A stretch of 64,000 nt of DNA. Source: a virus. This document shows, in pieces, positions 1 to 9,426 of the stretch. Each line of letters opens with the position of its first letter. Position 1 is the stretch's first letter. The stretch covers positions 1 through 64,000 of IMG/VR virus record IMGVR_UViG_3300000216_000003; one strand, given 5' to 3'. A program made the translations under genes and the position numbers. The notes under the pieces were generated by a model. That model was not told the DNA's origin. It worked only from the letters and a program-made list of their open reading frames with translations, and did no database searches.

Positions 1-513
1 CTGATCGTACTTTTCTGCCCCATCCTCAAATACTTTAAGCACATCTTCTGGCTTTTGATCATATCCTTTCGTAAAATCTTTCCATGCTTTTAGATACCGT
101 TTCGGAGTTTCTAACAATCCACCACGTTCTACATCTTCTCCGATAAACTGCAATAATCTAGTGGGGATATCTTCAGCACCACCAACTTCTGACGTCTCTT
201 CCCATGGAAATTGAATCCAGACATTCTCAATATCGAGCCCTTTAGTAAAAAGAGCGTAAAATGGTTTATCTGGATATAATTCTTTATATTTTTGTTTTGT
301 CTTACCACTATCCACTAAATCATCTACAATAATATCAGCATCTTCTACATTATCTACAACTATTGCTCCAATCATCTTTGATAACATATATGCAACAGGA
401 ATGCCACCTCTTGGAACTCCATATACACTACGATGATTAAAACTTGTTTTTAGAATGGCTTTTGATAAATCAAGTATTTTAGTTGAAATATCTTTATGTG
501 TTAGTTTAATCAT
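1..513 (-). CDS. folE: Phosphoribosyltransferase (Gpt-like) fused to GTP cyclohydrolase I; 3' part lies beyond the window edge
   Basis: Not in the ORF track. Manual translation from ATG 513: MIKLTHKD..YGVPRGG..IIVDDLVDSGKT (PRPP loop)..WIQFPWE, then the FolE N-terminus LLQFIGEDVERGGLLETPKRYLKAWKDFTKGY. Frame is open to position 1. Confidence 0.88.
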   Translation of the reverse strand, partial: MIKLTHKDISTKILDLSKAILKTSFNHRSVYGVPRGGIPVAYMLSKMIGAIVVDNVEDADIIVDDLVDSGKTKQKYKELYPDKPFYALFTKGLDIENVWIQFPWEETSEVGGAEDIPTRLLQFIGEDVERGGLLETPKRYLKAWKDFTKGYDQKPEDVLKVFEDGAEKYDQ

Positions 514-656
514 TGAACATCTCCACACCCAGTACAAACATATACATCTTGATCTTCAGACCATTCCCATTCTGAATCATATCCTCCATCTTCTTGTTCC
601 TCATTATTACATTGACATCCGATGTCTTCGACTTCAAAAGTTGGTTCTTTACTCAT
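510..656 (-). CDS. Small acidic Zn-ribbon protein (48 aa)
   Basis: Manual: MSKEPTFEVEDIGCQCN...YVCTGCGDVQ*. Stop overlaps the folE start (ATGA); start abuts the upstream stop. Confidence 0.6.
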   Translation of the reverse strand: MSKEPTFEVEDIGCQCNNEEQEDGGYDSEWEWSEDQDVYVCTGCGDVQ

Positions 657-1106
657 TTATGATTCCTTTAAAATTACTTTATTGATGGCATTTCGCAAAT
701 TAACACTATATAACTTTTCTTTTTCTTCTTCTAAATAATCATTAGATTTCTCTAATTCTGTAATACTTGATTCTAAATGTTTAATAATTTCATGGGATGT
801 TGGAATGCTATCTTTTATTTTATTATATATAAATTTTTCAAGTCGATTCATGACATATCCATCTAAATTACAAGCAGACGGTATATCAGCTTCACTATAC
901 ATATTAAGATGAAGACTGTTGCTCATTCTCCCAATCCTCAGCCCACCCTCATCTACTTTATAACCAACATTATTTACTTCTGATATTGTTATTCTTGTAT
1001 TTTCAATATACTTATTATTTACATCTTGCTCTCTGATATGTTTAAGAATAGAATCCGATAGAGTAGTGAGAGCTTTTTCAGTATTTTTAAAATGATTACT
1101 CTTCAT
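657..1106 (-). CDS. Coiled-coil hypothetical protein, paralogue family A, C-tagged
   Basis: Ends LRNAINKVILKES; paralogous to 1108-2433. Confidence 0.8.
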   Translation of the reverse strand: MKSNHFKNTEKALTTLSDSILKHIREQDVNNKYIENTRITISEVNNVGYKVDEGGLRIGRMSNSLHLNMYSEADIPSACNLDGYVMNRLEKFIYNKIKDSIPTSHEIIKHLESSITELEKSNDYLEEEKEKLYSVNLRNAINKVILKES

Positions 1107-1107
1107 A

Positions 1108-1548
1108 TTAAGAATCCTCTAGAATTACTTTATTAATCGCATTCCGCAAATTACCATCTAATAACTCATCTTTTAAATTTTCAGAATATTCATTATCCTT
1201 TTCTAACTGAGTAATGCTTTCTCTTAGATTCTGAATAATTTCTTGTTGAGTTGGTAAATGATTTTTCATCTTTTTCCAAATGAAGTCTTCAAGGTTATGT
1301 ATTGTTCGCGTACATAACTTTCTATTGGATACTAATAATTTATCAGATTTAAATTTAATAGTTAAAGTATCATTAAAACTATCAATACTTACTTTATTTA
1401 CATTATACCCAAGATTTGTTATTTCTTTTATACAATCTTGAGTTAATAATATATTCTCATTATTTTTATCTTGACTTTTAATATGATTAGAAAGTTCTTT
1501 TCTTAATTTATCAATAGAATTTTGCATATTTTTAAGAACTTGACTCAT
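1108..1548 (-). CDS. Coiled-coil hypothetical protein, family A, C-tagged
   Basis: Ends LRNAINKVILEDS. Confidence 0.8.
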   Translation of the reverse strand: MSQVLKNMQNSIDKLRKELSNHIKSQDKNNENILLTQDCIKEITNLGYNVNKVSIDSFNDTLTIKFKSDKLLVSNRKLCTRTIHNLEDFIWKKMKNHLPTQQEIIQNLRESITQLEKDNEYSENLKDELLDGNLRNAINKVILEDS

Positions 1549-1549
1549 A

Positions 1550-1987
1550 TTAAGAATCCTCTAGAATTGCTCTACTTATTGCAGATTGTAGATTAGTATT
1601 AAGTAATTCTTTTTCCTGTTCTATATCTTGCTCAACAACTTTCTCCATACTTTTAATCTTCCTCTTCATACTCTTTAATACTTCATCTTTATCTGGAACC
1701 ATTGTTTTAATTAACTCTTCCATCATACCACTCACCCAATAATGAGTTTCGTTATCACCTACATCGATTTCAGGTATTTGAATTCGAAGACGAATATCAT
1801 ACCAACAATTTTTAGTTGTTCGATCTTCCCACATATGATATTCAAACCCTTCATCTTTTAATTCTTTCATAAAAGATTTTAATAACTCTATACCTTTAAT
1901 ATGCCGCTCACAATCAGTTACCAAATAAGATAATTCTTTTTTTAATTTATCTAATGCCTGGCCTGTATTTTTGAGTTTTTGATTCAT
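1550..1987 (-). CDS. Coiled-coil hypothetical protein, family A, C-tagged
   Basis: Ends LQSAISRAILEDS. Confidence 0.8.
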   Translation of the reverse strand: MNQKLKNTGQALDKLKKELSYLVTDCERHIKGIELLKSFMKELKDEGFEYHMWEDRTTKNCWYDIRLRIQIPEIDVGDNETHYWVSGMMEELIKTMVPDKDEVLKSMKRKIKSMEKVVEQDIEQEKELLNTNLQSAISRAILEDS

Positions 1988-2433
1988 GATTCCTCTAGAA
2001 TATTCCTAGTGATAATACTCTGTAGACTTGACGCTAGAGTTGCTTTTTCTTCTTCCACCTTAGTTGCGATATTATCTTCTATCTCTTCTATTTTCGCATC
2101 TAATAATTTTTTCAACTCTTCTGGATCTGGAGATGCCAGTTTTATTAGTTCTTCGCATATATTTTTAAATGAATCCTCTTCCCTCTTCGTATCGAATCTA
2201 TGTCCCTCAATCTCAATAGGAATTATTAAAGCTATAGACTGCCCAGTAATTTTATTATCACCATCTGTATGATTAAAACGCATAATCTCCACACCAGCTT
2301 TCTCTACTCGTTTAGATACTTTTTTTAAAGGTTTAATAATTTTTAATAACCTTTCATATCCTTTAATATTATCAACTAGTTCTTCTCTTAATAATTTTAA
2401 GGAGTTCTCAATATTCTCAATTTTTCTACTCAT
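1984..2433 (-). CDS. Coiled-coil hypothetical protein, family A, C-tagged
   Basis: Ends LQSIITRNILEES. Confidence 0.8.
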   Translation of the reverse strand: MSRKIENIENSLKLLREELVDNIKGYERLLKIIKPLKKVSKRVEKAGVEIMRFNHTDGDNKITGQSIALIIPIEIEGHRFDTKREEDSFKNICEELIKLASPDPEELKKLLDAKIEEIEDNIATKVEEEKATLASSLQSIITRNILEES

Positions 2434-3137
2434 GGCACTCCGGCAATTTTGTGTATTTGTACGGATAATCGGTAACAGTGTTTTAGTGCTAATTTTGTAG
2501 CATGTGCTAAATTGGCTTTATTCTTTTCTTCATCTTGTTCATCCATTGGTTGAACATAAATAACAGGAAATGAGCCTTCAGGTCTTGCAAGTAAAATTTC
2601 ATTACCCGTTAAGGCACTGACATTTGGCAATCCATCAATTTCTCGGGTTTCCCCTTCTTTAACAATATATTTATAATGACTAATGTTTTTAACTAGACTC
2701 TTATTAATCTTTCCTGTCTTAGGACTGCAACAAATTCTAAGGTTTTTATGATTTGCAATATCATTCATTTCCTGAAACCATAGGGTTCCATTTGTTTCAA
2801 TAATAACTTCAAAATTATCTGCTAGTAGTTTACGTACTAGTTGAGGTAGCCCAGCCTGAACAAAAGGTTCTCCTCCACTAATACTAATTAATCGACAGTC
2901 TTTATGTCGAGTTTCTTCAACACGCTTTAAAATATTAGCAATAGACATTGCTCTAATATTTGTACTGAAATCTGTATCGCAAAATGTACATGTTAAATTA
3001 CAATCTGCAAAACGAATAAAAGTGATTGGCTCACCACTAGCGAATGCTTCACCTTCTAGTGAAAAGAAAATTTCTTTAATACGAATACTACCATTGAATA
3101 ACTGTTCTTGATTAACTACTTGATTCTTGCCAAACAT
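2430..3137 (-). CDS. queE: 7-carboxy-7-deazaguanine synthase (radical SAM)
   Basis: IKEIFFSLEGE..FIRFADCNLTCTFCDTDF, SGGEP, IETNGT, SPK, VQP, LSVQIHK; queC/queD/folE context. Confidence 0.92.
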   Translation of the reverse strand: MFGKNQVVNQEQLFNGSIRIKEIFFSLEGEAFASGEPITFIRFADCNLTCTFCDTDFSTNIRAMSIANILKRVEETRHKDCRLISISGGEPFVQAGLPQLVRKLLADNFEVIIETNGTLWFQEMNDIANHKNLRICCSPKTGKINKSLVKNISHYKYIVKEGETREIDGLPNVSALTGNEILLARPEGSFPVIYVQPMDEQDEEKNKANLAHATKLALKHCYRLSVQIHKIAGVP

Positions 3138-3169
3138 TTAGATTACTCTCCTGTATGATGTCTTTTACC

Positions 3170-3197
3170 ATTATATCTATATAACAGTATTAAAAAC
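3170..3197 (-). promoter_or_regulatory. Phage promoter motif GTTTTTA-N9-TATAGATATAAT upstream of queE
   Basis: One of 21 intergenic copies; a second copy is at 3233-3244. Confidence 0.75.
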
Positions 3198-3310
3198 GTG
3201 GAATTTTTAAAATAAAAAATCAATTTCAATATATTATATCTATATATTAATGGTTCTAAAATAAGTCTCAGATTAAAGAATTAATCTAAATTATATCTTT
3301 TTAGAAATAA

Positions 3311-3334
3311 AATACTGGGTTTTACCCCAGTACT
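3311..3334 (-). terminator. Intrinsic terminator
   Basis: TACTGGG/CCCAGTA stem followed by a T-rich tract on minus. Confidence 0.65.
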
Positions 3335-3338
3335 AAGT

Positions 3339-3707
3339 TTATGTCGCTTCTAATACCCGTTTGATTGTTATTTTCTTTAATTCTCTATCTAGTTTTTTGA
3401 TTATTTTGATCCTATGTTTATATGAACCCTGCCAATCAGACCAATAGTTAGGTAATGTATTATATACTAAGTCTTTTAGACTAGCACCAGCCATACTTGA
3501 TCCTGCAAACATCTTAGTTTTACGATAATAAGTATGTGCATTAGTTACTCGTTCATCACCATAAACTGTAATAAATCTATTATAGATAGGTATCCATATT
3601 TTGTTTTCACTGCGGATACCATACTCATCTGGTGACATACTAACTATTTTTAATAATGAATTATATATACTATCTAAATTTTCTTCAATTTCTTTATAAT
3701 AGTTCAT
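3339..3707 (-). CDS. Hypothetical protein, C-tagged
   Basis: Ends TIKRVLEAT; last gene before the terminator. Confidence 0.75.
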   Translation of the reverse strand: MNYYKEIEENLDSIYNSLLKIVSMSPDEYGIRSENKIWIPIYNRFITVYGDERVTNAHTYYRKTKMFAGSSMAGASLKDLVYNTLPNYWSDWQGSYKHRIKIIKKLDRELKKITIKRVLEAT

Positions 3708-4093
3708 TAAGATTGTTCCAACATTAATCTATATAGTTGTTTTTCAATAGAACTTAATATTTTTAATTGTTTAGGTCGACTAAATCGTCCAATATAGTCT
3801 TTTGTTTTACTACTGAGTCTAGCAATATTATTCTCATCATTAATTGAGTAAATTCCACTAAATCTTTTAGGTGTCTCGATAGAATGGTCAAACATATGTT
3901 CAATATAATTATTACTACTATAAATTTGAAACATCTTATCACGTTTCACAATTATTTCAATCAGAGTACCGAATACAGTTAAACCATAACCACCTCCCAT
4001 TGCTCGATGATTGCTTACAGGTAGTGCATAAAGTATGTCACGAATATCCTGATATTTTTTATTGATTTTTCGTTTGATCTCTTTATTAGTCAT
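3707..4093 (-). CDS. Hypothetical protein, C-tagged
   Basis: Ends LYRLMLEQS; coupled stop/start. Confidence 0.75.
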   Translation of the reverse strand: MTNKEIKRKINKKYQDIRDILYALPVSNHRAMGGGYGLTVFGTLIEIIVKRDKMFQIYSSNNYIEHMFDHSIETPKRFSGIYSINDENNIARLSSKTKDYIGRFSRPKQLKILSSIEKQLYRLMLEQS

Positions 4094-4452
4094 GACATAC
4101 TAAGCCTATCTTTTAATATATCATTCTTAATTTTTCTCAAAATATATTTAGTCTGAACACGTTTCTTAGTCTGAACTCGAAACATATGAAGAGCTCCTTC
4201 AATAGTATTGGTCACATTTTTATATAGTGGAAGTATTTTGAATTTTGGAGGCATTGGTTTATATGGTTCAAATCTAATAGCGGTTATTTTACCAAATGCA
4301 ATCTGAGCTCCAACACTGAACTTATCAAACTCGACAATAGTCGCGAAGAATCCATCGACGTCGAATAAGTCAGTGTGAGCTTCCATATACTTTAGGATTA
4401 AATTATCCACATCAGCATACATAGATTGCAGTTCTTTTTCTCTCTTAGTCAT
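4090..4452 (-). CDS. Hypothetical protein, C-tagged
   Basis: Ends ILKDRLSMS. Confidence 0.75.
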   Translation of the reverse strand: MTKREKELQSMYADVDNLILKYMEAHTDLFDVDGFFATIVEFDKFSVGAQIAFGKITAIRFEPYKPMPPKFKILPLYKNVTNTIEGALHMFRVQTKKRVQTKYILRKIKNDILKDRLSMS

Positions 4453-4772
4453 TAGTACTCCTTTAAAATATGATATAATAGTTTATCTTTAAATTTCTTC
4501 ATATCGAATATTAATCTATATTCTTTTAATAATAGTTTTAGTTCTTTCTCATTATTGAATGGTCGATTAGCATAATATAATGGCTTATATCCACCTTCTC
4601 TTAATCTCCATTGATTCTCCATACGGTCAACAAACCAAGGCGAATCATAATTATGATAATTCCACATCTCCCCACTCTTAATAGATACTTGAAAATATCT
4701 AGTTGGATGGTGACATCTTTTATTAAGTAAATCTATTATCTTTATGCCCATTCTAATAACCGTCTCCGACAA
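4452..4772 (-). CDS. Hypothetical protein, family B, C-tagged
   Basis: Ends FDMKKFKDKLLYHILKEY; start position uncertain. Confidence 0.7.
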   Translation of the reverse strand: MSETVIRMGIKIIDLLNKRCHHPTRYFQVSIKSGEMWNYHNYDSPWFVDRMENQWRLREGGYKPLYYANRPFNNEKELKLLLKEYRLIFDMKKFKDKLLYHILKEY

Positions 4773-5002
4773 TCATTTTTAAATTTCTTAATATCAAAGT
4801 CAATATTATATGTTTTCATATATTCCATAAATCGTTCTTCATTTGCAAATGCCATATGTGTATAATTTTTATTAATATTTCTAAGGTACCACATCGATCC
4901 CCTATAAACATACCATTCGTTATTTAGTTTAATACCAGACCATTGAGGGTAATTCTCCAGAGCATCCGTCAACTTGTTTATTATTTTTATAAAGTCAGAC
5001 AT
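4742..5002 (-). CDS. Hypothetical protein, family B, C-tagged
   Basis: Ends FDIKKFKNDCRRRLLEWA. Confidence 0.75.
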   Translation of the reverse strand: MSDFIKIINKLTDALENYPQWSGIKLNNEWYVYRGSMWYLRNINKNYTHMAFANEERFMEYMKTYNIDFDIKKFKNDCRRRLLEWA

Positions 5003-5277
5003 TAGGATTTCTCCAGTATTTGCCGGGTTATTTGGTTTTTAATATTGCTTTTGATTTCAGAAAGAGACATGGTTATATCTTTCTTTTTTAATAATTCAGT
5101 AATTTGTCTGTCATTTGAAAACGAAGAACCACATCGAGCATAATCTCCAAGATGGTAATAATATACCGCAGAACCTGGTACTTTTGCTCTACATCTAAAA
5201 ACTATATCTTTATTAATAGTAATAAATGAATCCTCTAACATATCTACATATTCATCTAATACTTTAACTATATCCAT
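5002..5277 (-). CDS. Hypothetical protein, family B, C-tagged
   Basis: Ends ITRQILEKS. Confidence 0.75.
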   Translation of the reverse strand: MDIVKVLDEYVDMLEDSFITINKDIVFRCRAKVPGSAVYYYHLGDYARCGSSFSNDRQITELLKKKDITMSLSEIKSNIKNQITRQILEKS

Positions 5278-5543
5278 TATACCCCCTTTAATATTAATTT
5301 AAGACACTTCTCTTTAAGTATTTGAATATCTATATATATATTTAGCTTAATTATTATACTTTTAAATTCCTCTTCAGTTTGAAAATCAGTATCTAGTCCA
5401 TTCCATAATGTATGGGTACTTAAATTCCAATATTGATTATATATACTTTCATTAATATATACATTTTTACATATTTTAATTGATGAAAAAGACCCATTAT
5501 AAGTAGTAAAGTATTTCTTAAGTATTTCTTCTAAGTTCTCCAT
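5277..5543 (-). CDS. Hypothetical protein, family B, C-tagged
   Basis: Ends CLKLILKGV. Confidence 0.7.
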   Translation of the reverse strand: MENLEEILKKYFTTYNGSFSSIKICKNVYINESIYNQYWNLSTHTLWNGLDTDFQTEEEFKSIIIKLNIYIDIQILKEKCLKLILKGV

Positions 5544-6198
5544 TTAAGACACCTTTCTCATCATCAGTAAAGAAATATGGAGTGTTTTGGTTCAAGAATG
5601 GTTTTCGCCGTTCAAAACATTTATCTTTAAAGTTGCTGTTATATACATAATTCATAGGTAACATCTTAGACCCTTCAAATTCAACAGAAGAAATATCTAA
5701 GTTATCACCAATATATAATGGACTAGTTTGATTTCTAAATATTTTAAATGATTTATACTCTTCAATCAAAACACAAGCAAAGGCACCATCCAATTCCTTT
5801 AGGGTAGGGATAATCCCGGACCGGCTAATACTATGTAATAATAACTTTGTATCCCACTGTATATTTGTAGAGTATTTGGTATTTAATCTTTGTATTTCTT
5901 TATTTTTCAAAATTCCATTATGCCATAATAAATATTTCTTGATAGTAGCTGGATGAATTCTAGACTGGTCATGGATCAGACCCCCAGTAGGGGCCTGAAT
6001 ATGAGCCAACATATACTTTCCATCTCGCACATGTCTCAATAGATCTTTATCAAATTTACCAAATTTCTGTAAAGGATTACATTCTAATGTATCTGGATCA
6101 ATAGTCGTAAGACTATGACTGAATTGTCCTCTAGATGCATTTAAATCTAATAACTCTGATAGTTTCTCTTTTGAGAATGATCCGATTATTCCACACAT
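5518..6198 (-). CDS. Class II (Ntn) glutamine amidotransferase, stand-alone Gat
   Basis: True start at 6198, MCGIIG (catalytic Cys2); also SRG, WHNGIL, WDTKLL, LDGAFA. The ORF-track extension to 6408 overlaps the SSB gene and is spurious. Confidence 0.85.
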   Translation of the reverse strand: MCGIIGSFSKEKLSELLDLNASRGQFSHSLTTIDPDTLECNPLQKFGKFDKDLLRHVRDGKYMLAHIQAPTGGLIHDQSRIHPATIKKYLLWHNGILKNKEIQRLNTKYSTNIQWDTKLLLHSISRSGIIPTLKELDGAFACVLIEEYKSFKIFRNQTSPLYIGDNLDISSVEFEGSKMLPMNYVYNSNFKDKCFERRKPFLNQNTPYFFTDDEKGVLNGELRRNT

Positions 6199-6199
6199 T

Positions 6200-6547
6200 T
6201 TAGAATGGGATGTCGTCATTAAAGCCTGGAATTGTACCGCCACCCTGAGGTGCTTGTTGCTGTTGTTGAGGTTGCTGTTGTTGGAATCCACCTCCACCAC
6301 CTTGCTGTTGGAATCCACCTCCACCACCTTGTCGCTGGAACCCACCTCCACCTTGATGACCACCTTCAGATGGTGGATAAGCATTAAGCCAACCATTCCA
6401 ATCGCCAACAGGAACAGAATTCATCTTAACACTTACTTTAGGAGAACCGTCTTGGTTTTGATCAAGAAGTACGATACCAACTGTAGTGTAATACTTTTTA
6501 CCATTTTCTTCACGAGTATGCTTTAGTTGTAGAGTTTGTTTAGCCAT
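6200..6547 (-). CDS. ssb: Single-stranded DNA-binding protein with a bacterial-type DDIPF tail
   Basis: About 60-aa N-domain, G/Q-rich linker with GGGGFQ repeats, ends FNDDIPF. Confidence 0.7.
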   Translation of the reverse strand: MAKQTLQLKHTREENGKKYYTTVGIVLLDQNQDGSPKVSVKMNSVPVGDWNGWLNAYPPSEGGHQGGGGFQRQGGGGGFQQQGGGGGFQQQQPQQQQQAPQGGGTIPGFNDDIPF

Positions 6548-6568
6548 GTTATTTTCGATCCTTTTAAA

Positions 6569-7273
6569 TTATTGAAGTTCTAAGTAAAGTCTTTCAAGAG
6601 TATGTTTCAGTTCTTTTTTCCGTCCAAGTGCTTCAGCAACGCCTAACATAAATTTCACATTCTTAGAGTTGCTAATACTTACTTTAGTAGTATATTCAAA
6701 GAATTCTAAATTCAATGAACCTCTACCTCGTCCAGCATCTATTTTATATTTGATATTTTCATCTTTCATAATAAAATGGGTATTGGTAGTCCAGTGACCT
6801 TTTCTAGACTGCATATTTTTTAATTTCCTTAAAATATCAGAAATAGGTTCAGCATCTTTTAGATTTATTCTTTTCATACATGATATGACATTATATTTAG
6901 TGCACCAATTAATCATCCTCTTAATACCTTCAGAATCTAACAATTCATCTTTACTCATTGTAATTTCAAGTATTTTGAGTATTGATAATTCCGTAGTATT
7001 TAAAGAATCATAATAATTGATACACCCTTGAGAATACATTCTTACATTAATATTTTTATATATTATAGATTTTCCTCTAGTTGTCCCAATCATTTCATAT
7101 GGAATATCATATTGTTTACATATTCGTGTAAATGCTTTGACTGCTTGCGGATTTACTGCTCTTGTTTTTTTATCTTGAAATATGAGAGTTGCAGATAACC
7201 CAATATCACCAAAGACTGGAGTAACATCATTATTTTCACATAATTGTAAAAATCTAATATCACCATCACTCAT
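6569..7273 (-). CDS. Hypothetical protein, family D, C-tagged
   Basis: Ends ELKHTLERLYLELQ. Confidence 0.75.
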   Translation of the reverse strand: MSDGDIRFLQLCENNDVTPVFGDIGLSATLIFQDKKTRAVNPQAVKAFTRICKQYDIPYEMIGTTRGKSIIYKNINVRMYSQGCINYYDSLNTTELSILKILEITMSKDELLDSEGIKRMINWCTKYNVISCMKRINLKDAEPISDILRKLKNMQSRKGHWTTNTHFIMKDENIKYKIDAGRGRGSLNLEFFEYTTKVSISNSKNVKFMLGVAEALGRKKELKHTLERLYLELQ

Positions 7274-7674
7274 AACCTCCTCATCTTTTCTTTCATTAAT
7301 AGATGTAAAAGATTAAACCCTTTACTATTTAGAAATCGATCCTGTATGTAGAATCTGTAACCATATCCAACAGAGGCAAGTATAACAGGACAATCTAATC
7401 CTTCGGCCTTGATTTTAGCTGGTTCTTGGTAATATCTTAAATCATAGGCATGCTTAGACGATATTACACACTTCTTGTCGAATAGTTCAATACACTCACA
7501 CGCTTCTGAATCAATATGAAGTAGTCCAAATGGAGCATACCCACGATCACCAGTTTTAATCATTACATCATTATTATATATGTATATCCAATTAATAACA
7601 TCTAAACAATCTTTAATATATTTTCGGTATTTTTTAACGAATAATAGTGTACATAGATATCTTAAATATCTCAT
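7270..7674 (-). CDS. Hypothetical protein
   Basis: Translationally coupled ORF; ends LMKEKMRRL (tag-like). Confidence 0.7.
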   Translation of the reverse strand: MRYLRYLCTLLFVKKYRKYIKDCLDVINWIYIYNNDVMIKTGDRGYAPFGLLHIDSEACECIELFDKKCVISSKHAYDLRYYQEPAKIKAEGLDCPVILASVGYGYRFYIQDRFLNSKGFNLLHLLMKEKMRRL

Positions 7675-8009
7675 GTATTATCCAATATTGCTTTAGTAAT
7701 TCCATTTATAAACTCTGACATTTGTTCTTTCGTAAACATTGTATGTGTACTTTCTTCATTAGCAATCTTATATAGATTACGCTTACTAATATCATCATAC
7801 TCAAAACTCAGAGTAACCGGACACCCATAATCATCTCCCATAATCAGCATATCCATAATATATACTGGTTCTTCGCCATCCAATTCAGTATCACATTCTT
7901 GGCAATATCCAAGATCATCAAAAGTAACACTATTTGTATTATTGATGTCATCTGTTTCCCAACCACACTTCGGGCATTTTAAATAATTATTGGACAAAGT
8001 CGCCTCCAT
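7671..8009 (-). CDS. Zn-ribbon protein, C-tagged
   Basis: CPKC..CQEC; ends ITKAILDNT. Confidence 0.75.
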   Translation of the reverse strand: MEATLSNNYLKCPKCGWETDDINNTNSVTFDDLGYCQECDTELDGEEPVYIMDMLIMGDDYGCPVTLSFEYDDISKRNLYKIANEESTHTMFTKEQMSEFINGITKAILDNT

Positions 8010-8193
8010 CTGTATCTACAAGTTCAATATTATTAACACTTTCTTCAAGAGTAACTATAGGTATATCCCGCCACATTTTAAAATCTTTAAAATTTTCACG
8101 GAATGATACATATTGTTGAAATTTTATAACATCATTATCTTTATCTACGACCATTCTAAGTGTAAATTCTGGCGGACTATTGAATCTAGACAT
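7987..8193 (-). CDS. Hypothetical protein
   Basis: Coupled ORF containing WRDIPIV. Confidence 0.65.
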   Translation of the reverse strand: MSRFNSPPEFTLRMVVDKDNDVIKFQQYVSFRENFKDFKMWRDIPIVTLEESVNNIELVDTDGGDFVQ

Positions 8194-8393
8194 TAACTAG
8201 TCTCCAATATATATTTAGTAAGAGCCCTGTGTAATTCTTTTACATTATCATCAGATATCCAAATCTGAATAGTGTCTGCCCCATTTCTACCGGCCGCAAC
8301 ATGTAGACCATTAAAATGATCATTAAACAGATCTATATATTGATGAGGTGCAAAATCATTTTTAACATAAAAAATAGAGTCGGATGTTTTCAT
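8193..8393 (-). CDS. Small protein, family C, C-tagged
   Basis: Ends VKELHRALTKYILETS. Confidence 0.75.
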   Translation of the reverse strand: MKTSDSIFYVKNDFAPHQYIDLFNDHFNGLHVAAGRNGADTIQIWISDDNVKELHRALTKYILETS

Positions 8394-8395
8394 AA

Positions 8396-8596
8396 TTATG
8401 AATCATCTAATAATTGACGGGTAAGTACTGCGTGTAACTCTTTTATCTTACTAGCAGGAACTACCATATGTACTTTTCCATCCGTCATTCTATTATATGC
8501 TGGAATCAATAGTTCACCGGATCCAGCGGATATTTTAACATCTTGAGGATAATCAACAATATATTCGGCAATATGTTCATATGCTTTTGAAATCAT
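8396..8596 (-). CDS. Small protein, family C, C-tagged
   Basis: Ends IKELHAVLTRQLLDDS. Confidence 0.75.
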   Translation of the reverse strand: MISKAYEHIAEYIVDYPQDVKISAGSGELLIPAYNRMTDGKVHMVVPASKIKELHAVLTRQLLDDS

Positions 8597-8871
8597 GATG
8601 CCTCCAATAGAGTTCTACTTATACGACGATGTAAGTCTTTAAGCTCATCTTTTGATGAATGTTCCATCATAAAATTGCCAAATTTCCACATTAAAGTCTT
8701 TACATCATTCTTATTAATTACAATACCGCCTCGAGGAGCGCCTTCAGGCCAGAAATTATCCAGCAACTGTATTCTAATACCTGGTCCACCATTCCAATTA
8801 TCTATTTCATCTTCTCTAATATGAAGATATCTTTTGGGGTTTTCATACTGATTCTTAGCTTCCAAGTACAT
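8593..8871 (-). CDS. Small protein, family C, C-tagged
   Basis: Ends LKDLHRRISRTLLEAS. Confidence 0.75.
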   Translation of the reverse strand: MYLEAKNQYENPKRYLHIREDEIDNWNGGPGIRIQLLDNFWPEGAPRGGIVINKNDVKTLMWKFGNFMMEHSSKDELKDLHRRISRTLLEAS

Positions 8872-9139
8872 TAGCTGCTAACTCCTCCCTTTCATATGTA
8901 TAATCATGATTAATTGCATCTATTAAATCTTCTTTAATATCAGGATCTGTCTCATAATGAGGGACCATACAGAAAGCGGAGTCAGTCCACAATACCCGTC
9001 CGGCACGATATCTTCCCTTTTGATCTCTGAATGTGACTTCGATACATGGTAAATGATCATCGACATATCGATTAATAATATTAACATCTTTAATATCTGT
9101 GATATTTTCAAAATTCTTCGGGAATACTCTATCCGCCAC
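8855..9139 (-). CDS. Hypothetical protein
   Basis: Coupled ORF; ends LAANVLGS. Confidence 0.7.
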   Translation of the reverse strand: MADRVFPKNFENITDIKDVNIINRYVDDHLPCIEVTFRDQKGRYRAGRVLWTDSAFCMVPHYETDPDIKEDLIDAINHDYTYEREELAANVLGS

Positions 9140-9354
9140 TATGCCATCTCCAGTAATAATTTTTGAATAGCAGTAATCAGTTCTTTCGCTTTCTCTGGAC
9201 TAAGTACAGTATCATAAGAAGGTTTCCTTTCTGGATGTGTTCCGTCGAAAACATCTTCTATAGTTATTCTAATGTCTCCACGGTCAATCCGAATTACAAT
9301 ATCTTCATTATAACTATCTTTCATATTATATGTTGACACAATAAAAAACTCCAA
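9139..9354 (-). CDS. Small protein, family C, C-tagged
   Basis: Ends AKELITAIQKLLLEMA; directly downstream of the promoter at 9376. Confidence 0.7.
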   Translation of the reverse strand: MEFFIVSTYNMKDSYNEDIVIRIDRGDIRITIEDVFDGTHPERKPSYDTVLSPEKAKELITAIQKLLLEMA

Positions 9355-9375
9355 ATAAGGTTGATATTATTCTTT

Positions 9376-9403
9376 ATTATATCTATATATACTATATAAA
9401 AAC
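9376..9403 (-). promoter_or_regulatory. Phage promoter motif
   Basis: GTTTTTA-N9-TATAGATATAAT on minus. Confidence 0.75.
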
Positions 9404-9426
9404 ACAAATAAAACTGGGTAAAGACG

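Noticed and set aside
6199-6408. 70-aa N-terminal extension of the amidotransferase ORF
   Set aside because: It is an alternative frame of the repetitive SSB linker; Ntn amidotransferases need Cys at the N-terminus (MCG at 6198).
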